Below, one piece after another: positions 54,305 to 63,885 of a stretch of DNA of 64,000 bases. The notes below the pieces were generated by a model. It was not told the DNA's origin and did no database searches. It saw nothing but the letters and a program-made list of their open reading frames with translations. A program made the translations under genes and the position numbers. Each line of letters starts with the position of its first letter. The first letter of the stretch is position 1. This stretch comes from OCS155 cluster bacterium AG-349-E07. GTDB lineage: Bacteria; Actinomycetota; Acidimicrobiia; Actinomarinales; Actinomarinaceae. The stretch spans positions 11,028-75,027 of the forward strand of contig QCCZ01000002.1 of assembly GCA_003281085.1 (NCBI GenBank). Direction: 5' to 3'.

Positions 54305-55756
54305 ATGAACAAAATTACTGACAAAAACAGTTATTTAGATTCAATTAAAAATAGAAATTTAAAAATTTATCTTATGGGTGAACTTATTAAGGAACCTTTA
54401 GATCATCCAATTATTAGACCAAGCGTTGAAGCAATGGCGGAAACATATGAACTAGCAGTCAGTGAACCGGAATTAGCATCAGCAACATCTCCATATACTG
54501 GTGAAAGTATAAATAGATTTTTACACATCGCTGAAAGTAATGAAGATCTATTTTTACAAAATAAAATGCAAAGAAAGCTTGGTCAACTAACTGGTACCTG
54601 CTTTCAAAGATGTGTTGGTATGGATGCGTTTAATGCACTTCATTCTGTAACTTTTGAAATTGATGAAAAACACAATACTGAATATCACAAGAATTTTATT
54701 AATTTTCTAACTGAAATGCATAAATACAATTTGGTAATTGGTGGTGCAATGACAGACGTTAAAGGTGATAGATCAAAATTACCACACGAACAAGAAGATG
54801 AAGATGTGTATTTAAGAATTGTAAAAAGGACACAAGATGGTGTTTATGTTAAGGGAGCAAAAGCACATCAGACTGGGTGTATTAATTCACACTGGATGGT
54901 TGTAATGCCTACCTTGAGACTGTCTGATAAAGACAAAGACTATGCAATAGTTGGTGCAATCCCAGTTGATGCAGAAGGAATAACGTATATTTATGGTAGA
55001 CAGTCATGCGATACAAGAAGCATGGAGCCTGGTGAATATGATGTGGGAAATAAATATTTTGCCGGTCAAGAAGCAATGGTTATTTTTGATAATGTATTCA
55101 TACCAAATGACTACATTTTTATGAATGGTGAATATGAATATGCATCTATGTTAGTTGAGAGATTTACAACATATCATAGAAGATCTTATGTATGTAAATC
55201 GGGCGTTGGCGATGTACTCATAGGAGCTGCAGCAACTATTGCAGAGTACAACGGTGTTGAAGAAGCATCACATATTAAAGATAAACTTGTTGAAATGAAT
55301 AAGCTCAATGAAACAATTTATGCTACTGGCATCGCTTCATCCCTACAGGGTTCAAGCACTAAGTCAGGAAACTTCATTAATGATGATCTTTTGGCAAATG
55401 TGTGTAAACAACATGTAACAAAAGAAACATACGAGATTGGTCGAATTGCACAAGATCTTGCAGGTGGTCTAGTGGGGTCAATGCCTTCAGGAATTGATTT
55501 TAATGAGGGGACAATGTCTGAAGATTTAAAAAAATATTTAAAAGGTAAAAAAGATATTAACTCAGAAGATCGAGTAAAAATTCTAAGATTGATTGAAAAT
55601 ATGACACTAGGTAGAAACGCCGTTGCTTATTTAACTGAATCTTTACATGGTGCAGGCTCCCCACAAGCACACAGAGTCCAGATTAGAAGGAAAGTAAATA
55701 TTGAAGAAAAAAAGGACTTTGCCAAAAAATTATCGGGAATTATTGAGAGAGAATAA
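54305..55756 (+). CDS. 4-Hydroxybutyryl-CoA dehydratase/vinylacetyl-CoA isomerase-like (AbfD/HpaB superfamily)
   Basis: C-x3-C (TGTCFQRCVG) lies near residue 100 and an H-x5-C (YHRRSYVC) near residue 295, as expected for the AbfD [4Fe-4S] ligands and absent from HpaB monooxygenases. The ATG at 54305 is preferred over TTG 54299. Confidence 0.7.
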   Translation: MNKITDKNSYLDSIKNRNLKIYLMGELIKEPLDHPIIRPSVEAMAETYELAVSEPELASATSPYTGESINRFLHIAESNEDLFLQNKMQRKLGQLTGTCFQRCVGMDAFNALHSVTFEIDEKHNTEYHKNFINFLTEMHKYNLVIGGAMTDVKGDRSKLPHEQEDEDVYLRIVKRTQDGVYVKGAKAHQTGCINSHWMVVMPTLRLSDKDKDYAIVGAIPVDAEGITYIYGRQSCDTRSMEPGEYDVGNKYFAGQEAMVIFDNVFIPNDYIFMNGEYEYASMLVERFTTYHRRSYVCKSGVGDVLIGAAATIAEYNGVEEASHIKDKLVEMNKLNETIYATGIASSLQGSSTKSGNFINDDLLANVCKQHVTKETYEIGRIAQDLAGGLVGSMPSGIDFNEGTMSEDLKKYLKGKKDINSEDRVKILRLIENMTLGRNAVAYLTESLHGAGSPQAHRVQIRRKVNIEEKKDFAKKLSGIIERE

Positions 55757-56727
55757 TGAAAGCAGTTGTATGTACAAAACTAGGTGAACCGAATTTACTA
55801 GAAATAAAAGAAGTTGATAAGCCAACGATTAATAAAGATGAAGTCCTAATAAAAGTTGAAGTTGCTGGGGTTAATTTTCCAGATGCACTTCTTGTTCAAG
55901 GAAAGTATCAAATTGTAATAGATCCACCATTTATTCCAGGTAATGAAGTTTGTGGAATTATTGAAGAGAAAGGTGAAAATGTAGATATTCCTGTGGGAAC
56001 AAAAGTAATTGGCATTCCTCCAATTGGAGGGTTTGCTGAATTCGTTACAATAAATAAAAATTTGGTAATTCCAGTAAATATGAACTTTGATTCTTTGTCA
56101 GGAGCAAGCTTACCAATTAATTACGGTACTTCATATTATGCTCTAAAAAGAAGAGCAAATGCTCAGAGTGGAGAAAGTCTTTTAGTCCTTGGTGCCTCTG
56201 GTGGGATTGGAACTGCAACTATTCAATTAGCAAAAGTTATGGGACTGAAAACAATCTGTGCTGTCGGTTCTGACAACAAAGAAGAATATGTAAAAAGTTT
56301 AGGTGGAGATCAAATAGTAAGATATGATCAAGTTGACTTAAAAGAAACGGTGAAAGAACTCACTGATGGCAAAGGTGTAGATATAGTTATTGATCCTGTT
56401 GGTGGTGAAGTTTCTGAACAAGCATTAAGAGCTACAGCATTCAATGGCAGACTATTAGTTATTGGCTTTGCTAATGGAGAGATACCTAAAATTTCACTTA
56501 ACTTAACACTTGTAAAAGGGGTATCAATTGTTGGCGTTTGGTGGGGTCGATGGACTAATACTTCCCCTCATGAAACAGCAGAAGATTTTAGTGAATTAAT
56601 TTCTTTTGTTGAAAGTGGAAAATTAAATATTGTTCCAAAAAATAATTACGAAATTGAAGATACTGCAGTAGCACTGGAAAACTTTCTAAATAGGAAAAAT
56701 ATTGGTAAAACTGTTATCAGCGTCTAG
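55756..56727 (+). CDS. Medium-chain (zinc-independent) NADPH:quinone oxidoreductase-like dehydrogenase
   Basis: 323 aa with MKAVVC...GVNFPD and GASGGIGTA. 1-nt overlap with the AbfD-like gene. Confidence 0.75.
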   Translation: MKAVVCTKLGEPNLLEIKEVDKPTINKDEVLIKVEVAGVNFPDALLVQGKYQIVIDPPFIPGNEVCGIIEEKGENVDIPVGTKVIGIPPIGGFAEFVTINKNLVIPVNMNFDSLSGASLPINYGTSYYALKRRANAQSGESLLVLGASGGIGTATIQLAKVMGLKTICAVGSDNKEEYVKSLGGDQIVRYDQVDLKETVKELTDGKGVDIVIDPVGGEVSEQALRATAFNGRLLVIGFANGEIPKISLNLTLVKGVSIVGVWWGRWTNTSPHETAEDFSELISFVESGKLNIVPKNNYEIEDTAVALENFLNRKNIGKTVISV

Positions 56728-57350
56728 TGTGAGGCGAAATATGGGTTTTCACCAGCTGCATGATCAGTAGCATCTATAATATTTCCTATTTCAGGAACAG
56801 CTTCACGAAGAGATGCTTCAATACCTTGTGTGAGTGTGACTTGTGCCATACCACACCCTTGGCAACCACCACCAAGTCTTAAGTAAATATCATTTCCCTC
56901 GACACCTATTAATTGGGCAGCACCTCCATGGGAAGCGATTGCTGGGTTTATTTGATTTTCTAGTACTGCTTGGACCTTTTCAGCTAGTTCACCCTTTAAT
57001 TCTGGTAAATCTGCTGGATTACCAATCATCGCAGGACTTGGTGTGTTTGGATTATCCATTGTAAGTCCTGGTGCTTGGTCATCGTCTGACATATCTAAAC
57101 TTGCACCATCGAATTTATCAATATCTTTTGAAGCAATGACAACGGCTAGATCTCCAAAATCTATTCTCTTATCATCTGATCTAGTTTGTTCAATGTCTAA
57201 GAAACTTAAGTCATAGGTAAATTGATTTCCATGAACACCGTCAATCTGAAGAAATAATGCATACTGCTTGTCCCCAGGCTCTTGGTCTCTCAACTCTATA
57301 ATTGTTTTTACTGCTTCGTCGCCAATTTTAAATGTAAATTCGTTACTCAT
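56724..57350 (-). CDS. NfuA-like Fe-S cluster carrier (degenerate A-type domain + Nfu domain)
   Basis: 208 aa with the C-terminal GGGCQGCGMA Nfu motif. The N-terminal domain lacks Cys. Confidence 0.75.
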   Translation of the reverse strand: MSNEFTFKIGDEAVKTIIELRDQEPGDKQYALFLQIDGVHGNQFTYDLSFLDIEQTRSDDKRIDFGDLAVVIASKDIDKFDGASLDMSDDDQAPGLTMDNPNTPSPAMIGNPADLPELKGELAEKVQAVLENQINPAIASHGGAAQLIGVEGNDIYLRLGGGCQGCGMAQVTLTQGIEASLREAVPEIGNIIDATDHAAGENPYFASH

Positions 57351-57411
57351 AGAATTAATGATACAAGATTTGAGATATGTGAGAAATTTTTTAACATTAA
57401 ACTAAGAAAAT

Positions 57412-58026
57412 ATGAAAAATTACCTAATTTCAATTGGTGGAAATTCAACAAGTAATGTATTAAGTATTGAAAGCAACTTTGAAGAAATAATTGCTGTTGA
57501 CTCAGGAATAGAACATTTGCACAATCTTTCCTTAGATCCAACTACTTTAATTGGTGATTTAGATTCAATATCAAAAAAATCATTAGACGAGGTTAAGAAG
57601 AATGGAGTTAAAATTTTGGCTTTTAACAGTAAAAAAGACCAAACTGACTTTGAACTTGCACTGAATTATCTTGACGAAGCTGAAAAATCAAAAGTTTATA
57701 TTATTGGCGGAGAATCAGGTGAGATTGATCATTTAATTTCGATTTTTTTATTAATTCCTTCAAAATCATTTTCTGAAAATATCATATGGCTTTACGGAGA
57801 TAAGAGAATAATCTTCCGACAAAAACTTAAATTAAATATTAAAAAGTTAACCAAATTTAGCATAATTCCACTTTCAGATTTAACAAATCTTTCAATAGAT
57901 GGTGCTGAGTGGAATTTAGATAATAAAAATATTCAATTTGGAGAAACTTTAACTTTAAGAAATGTCACTAATGAAGAACAGCTTAATATTAGATGCGATA
58001 AAGGAATTTTCGCTTTTATTTATTAA
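57412..58026 (+). CDS. thiN: Thiamine pyrophosphokinase
   Basis: 204 aa with LIGDLDS, KKDQTDFELAL and a C-terminal thiamine-binding beta domain pattern. Confidence 0.7.
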   Translation: MKNYLISIGGNSTSNVLSIESNFEEIIAVDSGIEHLHNLSLDPTTLIGDLDSISKKSLDEVKKNGVKILAFNSKKDQTDFELALNYLDEAEKSKVYIIGGESGEIDHLISIFLLIPSKSFSENIIWLYGDKRIIFRQKLKLNIKKLTKFSIIPLSDLTNLSIDGAEWNLDNKNIQFGETLTLRNVTNEEQLNIRCDKGIFAFIY

Positions 58027-59240
58027 GACCTAGGAATATCTTTCCAAGCTTTATCTTTATCTAATTTGGGTTCGCTAGGTAGTCCAAGCACTCTCTCAGC
58101 AATTATATTTCTCATAATTTCTGATGTACCACCTTCAATTGAATTTGCTCTTGATCTTAAAAACAAGCTTTGAGTGTCAGTAAATCCAAAAGTTTCATTT
58201 TCAAAATTTAGCTCAGGTTGAGTTAATGCATAACCTCTTGGAAACAAAAGGCCATCATTCCCTAACATATCCATACCAAATTCGTAGGAGGCTTTGTTAA
58301 TTTCAGCTTCATATAATTTACTTGTAGACCCTTCTGGACCAGGAGTCCCTTTTTCTCTATTTTCAACAGCTCTCATGTTTGTTAATCTTACAGCTTCTTG
58401 CTCAATCCATAGTTTTATGAGTTTGTCTCGAGTAACTGGATCTTGAAGATTTTTTTCTTTCCAAAGCTGGACAAGATGACCAGGAGCACCGCTACCTCTT
58501 TCTCTAACATTTCCTCCTATTGCAACTCTCTCATTCATTAAAATAGTCAATGAAACTCTCCAACCTTCACCTAAAGAACCTAATATATTTTCTTTAGGAA
58601 TTTTTACATCAGTAAAGTACACTTCGTTAAATTCAGCTTCACCTGTAATCTGTCTTAGTGGTCTTACGTCAACTCCATCAGATTCCATATCAACAATGAA
58701 GAATGTAAGGCCTCTGTGTTTTGGAACATTAGGATCTGTTCGTGTAACAATTAATCCCCATTTTGCTAAATGCCCCAGAGTTGTCCAAACTTTCTGCCCA
58801 TTAACAATATATCCGTCCCCATCATCAACAGCTTTTGTTGATAGGCTTGCCAAGTCTGAACCTGAGCCTGGTTCTGAAAATAGTTGGCACCAGATTTCTT
58901 CTGTAGTAAACATAGGCCTTAAATACTTTGAAATTTGTTCTTCTGTGCCGTATTCAATAATTGTAGGTGCTCCCATTCCAATGCCCAGAATGTTCGCTAC
59001 CCTATTTTGTTGAGAGATACCCTCATTTCTTAGAGTTTCAATTACCATCAGTTGGTATTTAGGGTTTAATCCAAGACCGCCTGCTCCTTCAGGAAATTGA
59101 ACCCAAGCTAAGCCTAGATCAAATTGTTTTCCCCAAAATTCTTTAATATCATTATTTTCTTTTCTAAAATCAATAAGTTCTTGCAGCTTACTTTTGACTA
59201 ACTCTTCTGCGTCTAAGGATTTGGTTTCGATTTTTGTCAT
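58023..59240 (-). CDS. Acyl-CoA dehydrogenase
   Basis: 405 aa with ACAD N, middle and C domain pattern (WCQLFSEPGSGSDLAS, GQKVWTT, IEGGTSEI). Confidence 0.8.
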   Translation of the reverse strand: MTKIETKSLDAEELVKSKLQELIDFRKENNDIKEFWGKQFDLGLAWVQFPEGAGGLGLNPKYQLMVIETLRNEGISQQNRVANILGIGMGAPTIIEYGTEEQISKYLRPMFTTEEIWCQLFSEPGSGSDLASLSTKAVDDGDGYIVNGQKVWTTLGHLAKWGLIVTRTDPNVPKHRGLTFFIVDMESDGVDVRPLRQITGEAEFNEVYFTDVKIPKENILGSLGEGWRVSLTILMNERVAIGGNVRERGSGAPGHLVQLWKEKNLQDPVTRDKLIKLWIEQEAVRLTNMRAVENREKGTPGPEGSTSKLYEAEINKASYEFGMDMLGNDGLLFPRGYALTQPELNFENETFGFTDTQSLFLRSRANSIEGGTSEIMRNIIAERVLGLPSEPKLDKDKAWKDIPRS

Positions 59241-59270
59241 AGAAAATTATACATCAAAATAATTAGAAAA

Positions 59271-60173
59271 CTAATTTCCTTGAATTGCTTTTTGAATTAT
59301 GACTAGTTCATCTTCATTACTAAAAGGATACGTTCCATCAACAATTGTTCTAATTTCATCAATATTGCTGGCAATATCCTCTGCAGATGCACTTGTATTG
59401 ACGTAGCCTTTATGAGTAATAATTCCAATACGAGCAAATCTTCCTGCAGCAACTCCAAAAATTTCATGGGATGGTTCACAAGCTTCAGAAGCTAAGTAAG
59501 TTACCATTGGAGTCACTAGCTCTGGTCCAAATAACTTACCAACATCTTCTGGAAGTAATGCTTCTGTCATACGTGTGTAAGCTGTTGGTGCAATTACATT
59601 TACTTTTATATTGTATTTAGCACCTTCAATTGCCAAAACATTTGTAAGACCTACAATTCCCATTTTTGCCGCACCATAATTTGATTGTCCAAAGTTGCCA
59701 AATAAACCAGAAGGTGATGCTACATTGACAATTCTTCCATAATTTTTCTCTTTCATAACTCTGAATGCTGGTTGAGAGACAAAAAATGTACCTTTCAAAT
59801 GAACATCGATAATTAATGAGAGTTCTTCTTCAGTCATTTTTGCAAAACTTTTATCACGTAAAATTCCTGCATTATTAATTACTGCATCTACAGTACCAAA
59901 ACTATCTATAGCTGTTTGTACGATTGCCTCCCCGCCGTCTTTTGTAGCAACTGAGTCATAATTTGCAACAGCTTCGCCACCATTAGCAATAATCTCATTG
60001 ACAACTTCGTCAGCTGGAGTACTACCAGAACCTGAACCGTCAACTGAACCACCTAGATCATTGACAACAACTTTTGCACCTCTGTTTCCTAGTTCAATGG
60101 CATATGCTTTTCCTAATCCATTTCCAGCACCAGTGACAATTACCGTTCTATCTTCAAAAGATATATCTGACAT
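59271..60173 (-). CDS. Short-chain dehydrogenase, MFE-2-type (D-specific) 3-hydroxyacyl-CoA dehydrogenase-like
   Basis: 300 aa with VTGAGNGLGKAYA, VVVNDLGGSVDGSG and the SNYGAAKMG catalytic YxxxK. Confidence 0.8.
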   Translation of the reverse strand: MSDISFEDRTVIVTGAGNGLGKAYAIELGNRGAKVVVNDLGGSVDGSGSGSTPADEVVNEIIANGGEAVANYDSVATKDGGEAIVQTAIDSFGTVDAVINNAGILRDKSFAKMTEEELSLIIDVHLKGTFFVSQPAFRVMKEKNYGRIVNVASPSGLFGNFGQSNYGAAKMGIVGLTNVLAIEGAKYNIKVNVIAPTAYTRMTEALLPEDVGKLFGPELVTPMVTYLASEACEPSHEIFGVAAGRFARIGIITHKGYVNTSASAEDIASNIDEIRTIVDGTYPFSNEDELVIIQKAIQGN

Positions 60174-60177
60174 TTAC

Positions 60178-62103
60178 TTACCCTTCCTCATACATTGATT
60201 CAATTTCATCATTATACATTTCAGCAATAACATTGCGCTTTAATTTCAAAGTGGGTGTTAACTCTCCACTTGAGTCAGTCCACTCTTTTTCTAAAACTAC
60301 AAATTTTTTAATTTGTTGAACTTGTGCAACTTGAGAGTTAGCCTCATCTACTTGCTTTTGTATTGCATCAATAACCGATTGGTCCTTAGACATAGTTGCA
60401 ATAGAATACTCAACATTATTTTCTGAGGCCCATGCTTCTGCACCTCCATCACCATCTAAAACGATTAAAGCTGTGAGATATTTCTTTCCATCACCAACAA
60501 CACAAACTTGACCAATCAATTGATGTGGTTTTATTAAATCTTCAACTTCAACAGGAGCAATGTTTTTTCCAGCTGAAGTTATAAGAATTTCTTTTTTTCT
60601 TCCAATTATCTTTACATAACCTTCATCATCAATTTCTGCTAAATCACCAGTATGTAGCCATCCATCTGCATCAAATGTTTCTTTTGTTTGCTCTTCAGAC
60701 TTGAAATATCCCTGTGCAACGTGGTTGCCTTTAATACATAGTTCTCCATCATCCATAACTTTTACTTCTGTTCCGGGAATAGGAATGCCTACTTTTCCGA
60801 TCGGATTTAAAACACTAGGCACTTTAATTGAATCTGCTTTTAATCTTTTTTCAAAAGATTCAACTGCATTACCTGGAACGCCTATTGTTGCAGGACCAGT
60901 ATCCTCCGTCATTCCGTAAATTTCTGTTACGTCTATACCAATAGCATGAAACCATCTGTGAACATCTTTATTCATTGGAGCTGCAGCAGTCACAAAATAT
61001 TCCGTATCAACTATTCCTAATCCTTCTTTAAATTTTGAAAAGACTAATTTTGCAAAGATTTTATCTTTTAGGCCAACCATAAATGGAACTGATTCACCTT
61101 TTTGCTCATAATCTACCTTCTCAAGCCCATTTTGAATTGCTTTTGCTATTAGGTCTTTTTTCGGATTTTCCTCAATTCTTGCTTCGAGTCCTGCCTTAAA
61201 CTTTTCCCAAACTCTTGGTACAGCAAGAAACACTGATGGCTTAATTGTAGGTAGCGCATCTCTCATGTCTTCAAGTACTGGAACTGGAAATATTTGACCA
61301 ATTCTGTAAATTGCTTGATAGTGATCTCCTGCACGGGCTGCAATGTGAGCCATTGGTAAGTAAGAGACTATTCTTGGAAATTTTGTTGCAGGAATCATCT
61401 GACCAAACAAACTTTCAATAGTCCATAGAACATTTTTATGTGATATCATCACACCCTTAGGCTTACCAGTTGTACCAGAAGTGAAAATGAGACAAGCTAA
61501 GGAGTCTGGTGTTACTGTAGCAATAGCGGAGTCAAGTTTTGAAGTGTCCTCACTATTTATGCTTTTACCTTTTTCAATTAATTCATGATAACTGTAAACA
61601 TAATCAAGATCTTTCTTCTCTTCATATCCATCGATTAGAACAATTGCGTTTAAATTGATACAATCTTTTTTTGCTTTGTTTACTTCTTCGAATAGCTCAA
61701 GATCTCCAACCACTGCAACTTTAGCTTCCATTAAATTTGCCACGTATTCAATTTGGGAATATTTAAGTTGCTTATATAAAGTTGATGGTGTGGCACCTGA
61801 GTACACAATTCCTAGATCAGCAATATTATGTTCTTTTGTATTGTTTGACATAATAAAAGCTGTATCTCCTGGGCCCAAGCCTAAAGTCATTAGTCCAGCT
61901 GCTAAATTTTTTGATGTCTCTCTATATTCAGACCATGAAATAGAATCCCATGCAGAGTACTCCGCATTTGCAGGTGAATTAAGTGCAGGATGGTCAGGAT
62001 ACTCATTAGCATTTCTGTCTACGAAATCTAATAATGTCTTTCCTTCTACGGCTGATGTAATTATGCTTTCTTGATTTTTTAAATACTCGTGTAATTTTGA
62101 CAT
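60178..62103 (-). CDS. fadD: Long-chain fatty-acid--CoA ligase (AMP-forming)
   Basis: 641 aa with the FTSGTTGKPKGV AMP-binding motif, YGMTE and GWLHTGD. Confidence 0.85.
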   Translation of the reverse strand: MSKLHEYLKNQESIITSAVEGKTLLDFVDRNANEYPDHPALNSPANAEYSAWDSISWSEYRETSKNLAAGLMTLGLGPGDTAFIMSNNTKEHNIADLGIVYSGATPSTLYKQLKYSQIEYVANLMEAKVAVVGDLELFEEVNKAKKDCINLNAIVLIDGYEEKKDLDYVYSYHELIEKGKSINSEDTSKLDSAIATVTPDSLACLIFTSGTTGKPKGVMISHKNVLWTIESLFGQMIPATKFPRIVSYLPMAHIAARAGDHYQAIYRIGQIFPVPVLEDMRDALPTIKPSVFLAVPRVWEKFKAGLEARIEENPKKDLIAKAIQNGLEKVDYEQKGESVPFMVGLKDKIFAKLVFSKFKEGLGIVDTEYFVTAAAPMNKDVHRWFHAIGIDVTEIYGMTEDTGPATIGVPGNAVESFEKRLKADSIKVPSVLNPIGKVGIPIPGTEVKVMDDGELCIKGNHVAQGYFKSEEQTKETFDADGWLHTGDLAEIDDEGYVKIIGRKKEILITSAGKNIAPVEVEDLIKPHQLIGQVCVVGDGKKYLTALIVLDGDGGAEAWASENNVEYSIATMSKDQSVIDAIQKQVDEANSQVAQVQQIKKFVVLEKEWTDSSGELTPTLKLKRNVIAEMYNDEIESMYEEG

Positions 62104-62167
62104 ATTTCCTCCTACATAGTGCTAATTGAATTTTAATATTTTAAAGACAAATTCTCTAATTGTTATC

Positions 62168-63214
62168 CTAAAATTGTTGCTTAATTTTTTCCCATCTACC
62201 ATTACCATCATAGGTTTCTAATGCACACATAACTTCTAAAACACGAAATGGTAATAATATTTCATCTTGTGAAATGTTATTACCATTTATAGACTTAACC
62301 ATATTAATTACACCAAGGCCTCTGTAATAGTTGTTTTCTTCATTTGTAGAAGAATGAACTTTTTCCCACCGGTACAATTTTTTATCAAATATTGATACAT
62401 CACCATCATAATTATTTGGATCTGCAAATTTTATTGAAGACAATGTTCCATAAAATTCTAATTTTGGTTCATAGGGCTTCCAAATATCAAAGCTTATTTC
62501 AAAATCAACAACAACGCCAGATTTAAATTTTAGTAATGCAAGATAATGTGTATCTACATCAACATCAATATTTTTATACTTGACTTCTGGATTATCAACA
62601 CTCCTAACTGGAAATGTTTTTTGAGAATATGAAATGATTTCACTAACAGGACCCAAAATTTTAAAAAGTGCAGTTAAATAATATGGTCCCATATCAAACA
62701 ATGGTCCCCCTCCTTTTTTATAATAAAACGAAGGATTAGGATGCCAACCCTCCACACCATGGGTCACAAAACTAGCTGATGCCCCGATTATTTCACCAAT
62801 TTTTCCAGACAAAATCAAGTCCTGACCTTTAGTAAATGCTGGACCTAAAGTTGTGTCTGGTGCAGAAAATAAATATCGGTCATTTTTTTTTATTAGACTA
62901 TAAAGTTTTTTTCCCTGTTCTACTGAGAGAGCTAACGGTTTTTCAGAAAATACATGTTTTCCATTTTTCAAAGATTTATAAGAAATTTTAAAATGCGAAG
63001 ACGGTGGAGTTAGATTTACAATAATATCTATATCTGGATTAGACAAAAGATTCTGTACAGTTAAATCTTCAATATTGTACTCTTTGGCAAATAATTTAGA
63101 TTTTTCATTATCTAAGTCAGCACAAGCAACAACATTTACATCAATTTTATTCTTATCAAATCCGATCATATATTGACTTGATATTGCTCCGCAACCAATA
63201 ATTCCAATATTCAT
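62168..63214 (-). CDS. Gfo/Idh/MocA-family NAD(P)-dependent oxidoreductase
   Basis: 348 aa with MNIGIIGCGAIS and the EKPLA motif (FSEKPLALS). Confidence 0.75.
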   Translation of the reverse strand: MNIGIIGCGAISSQYMIGFDKNKIDVNVVACADLDNEKSKLFAKEYNIEDLTVQNLLSNPDIDIIVNLTPPSSHFKISYKSLKNGKHVFSEKPLALSVEQGKKLYSLIKKNDRYLFSAPDTTLGPAFTKGQDLILSGKIGEIIGASASFVTHGVEGWHPNPSFYYKKGGGPLFDMGPYYLTALFKILGPVSEIISYSQKTFPVRSVDNPEVKYKNIDVDVDTHYLALLKFKSGVVVDFEISFDIWKPYEPKLEFYGTLSSIKFADPNNYDGDVSIFDKKLYRWEKVHSSTNEENNYYRGLGVINMVKSINGNNISQDEILLPFRVLEVMCALETYDGNGRWEKIKQQF

Positions 63215-63885
63215 TAACTTTTAACAGCCCAATTAATACCCTGGCAAATTAACCTAACAACATCTAAATTTTCAAAATCTTTCATATGATGACCAATAGA
63301 GCAATAGAAAATTTTTCCTTTGCCCCAACTCTTTGTGTAAGCAATTGGCATTTCCACTCCATCAATCCAACTGTGATATTTCTCGTTAAAAGTTGTTGAT
63401 GCAATGATATTAACTGATGGATCATAGTGTAAAAAATACTGCTCCGAATGAACATTGAAATCATTAATACTGTTGGCAATAGGATGTTTATCATCTTTTA
63501 TAATTACCTGATAATCTACGAAATCTCCGGGATGACAAACAAATTGACTTCCTACTAAAAATTGAAAATTTGTATTGTCTCTAAAAGCATCTGCCATTCC
63601 TCCGTGCCATCCTGCAAGACCAACACCTGAATGTATAACCTCTTGTAAGTTTCCAATTTTCGAATTCTTTATATCCCAATTATCATCATCAATTTTTCCC
63701 ATTGTCCAAACCGGTATAATAATGTCAAAATTTTTTAGAAAATTAATATCTCCTAGAACGTCCAACTCATTTACTATTTCACTTTGGATTTTAAATTGTT
63801 GCAATTCACTCGATATAAATTCTGAAGTTTCTTGTGGTTCATGTCCTTCCCAACCACCGGATAAAAAAAGTGCTTTTTTTGTCAT
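63214..63885 (-). CDS. ThuA-domain protein (trehalose-utilisation-like, GATase-1 fold)
   Basis: The start is set at ATG 63885 (MTKKALFLSGGWEGHEP), which overlaps (ATGA) the stop of the upstream permease. The ORF-track 5' extension is the permease read in another frame. Confidence 0.6.
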   Translation of the reverse strand: MTKKALFLSGGWEGHEPQETSEFISSELQQFKIQSEIVNELDVLGDINFLKNFDIIIPVWTMGKIDDDNWDIKNSKIGNLQEVIHSGVGLAGWHGGMADAFRDNTNFQFLVGSQFVCHPGDFVDYQVIIKDDKHPIANSINDFNVHSEQYFLHYDPSVNIIASTTFNEKYHSWIDGVEMPIAYTKSWGKGKIFYCSIGHHMKDFENLDVVRLICQGINWAVKS

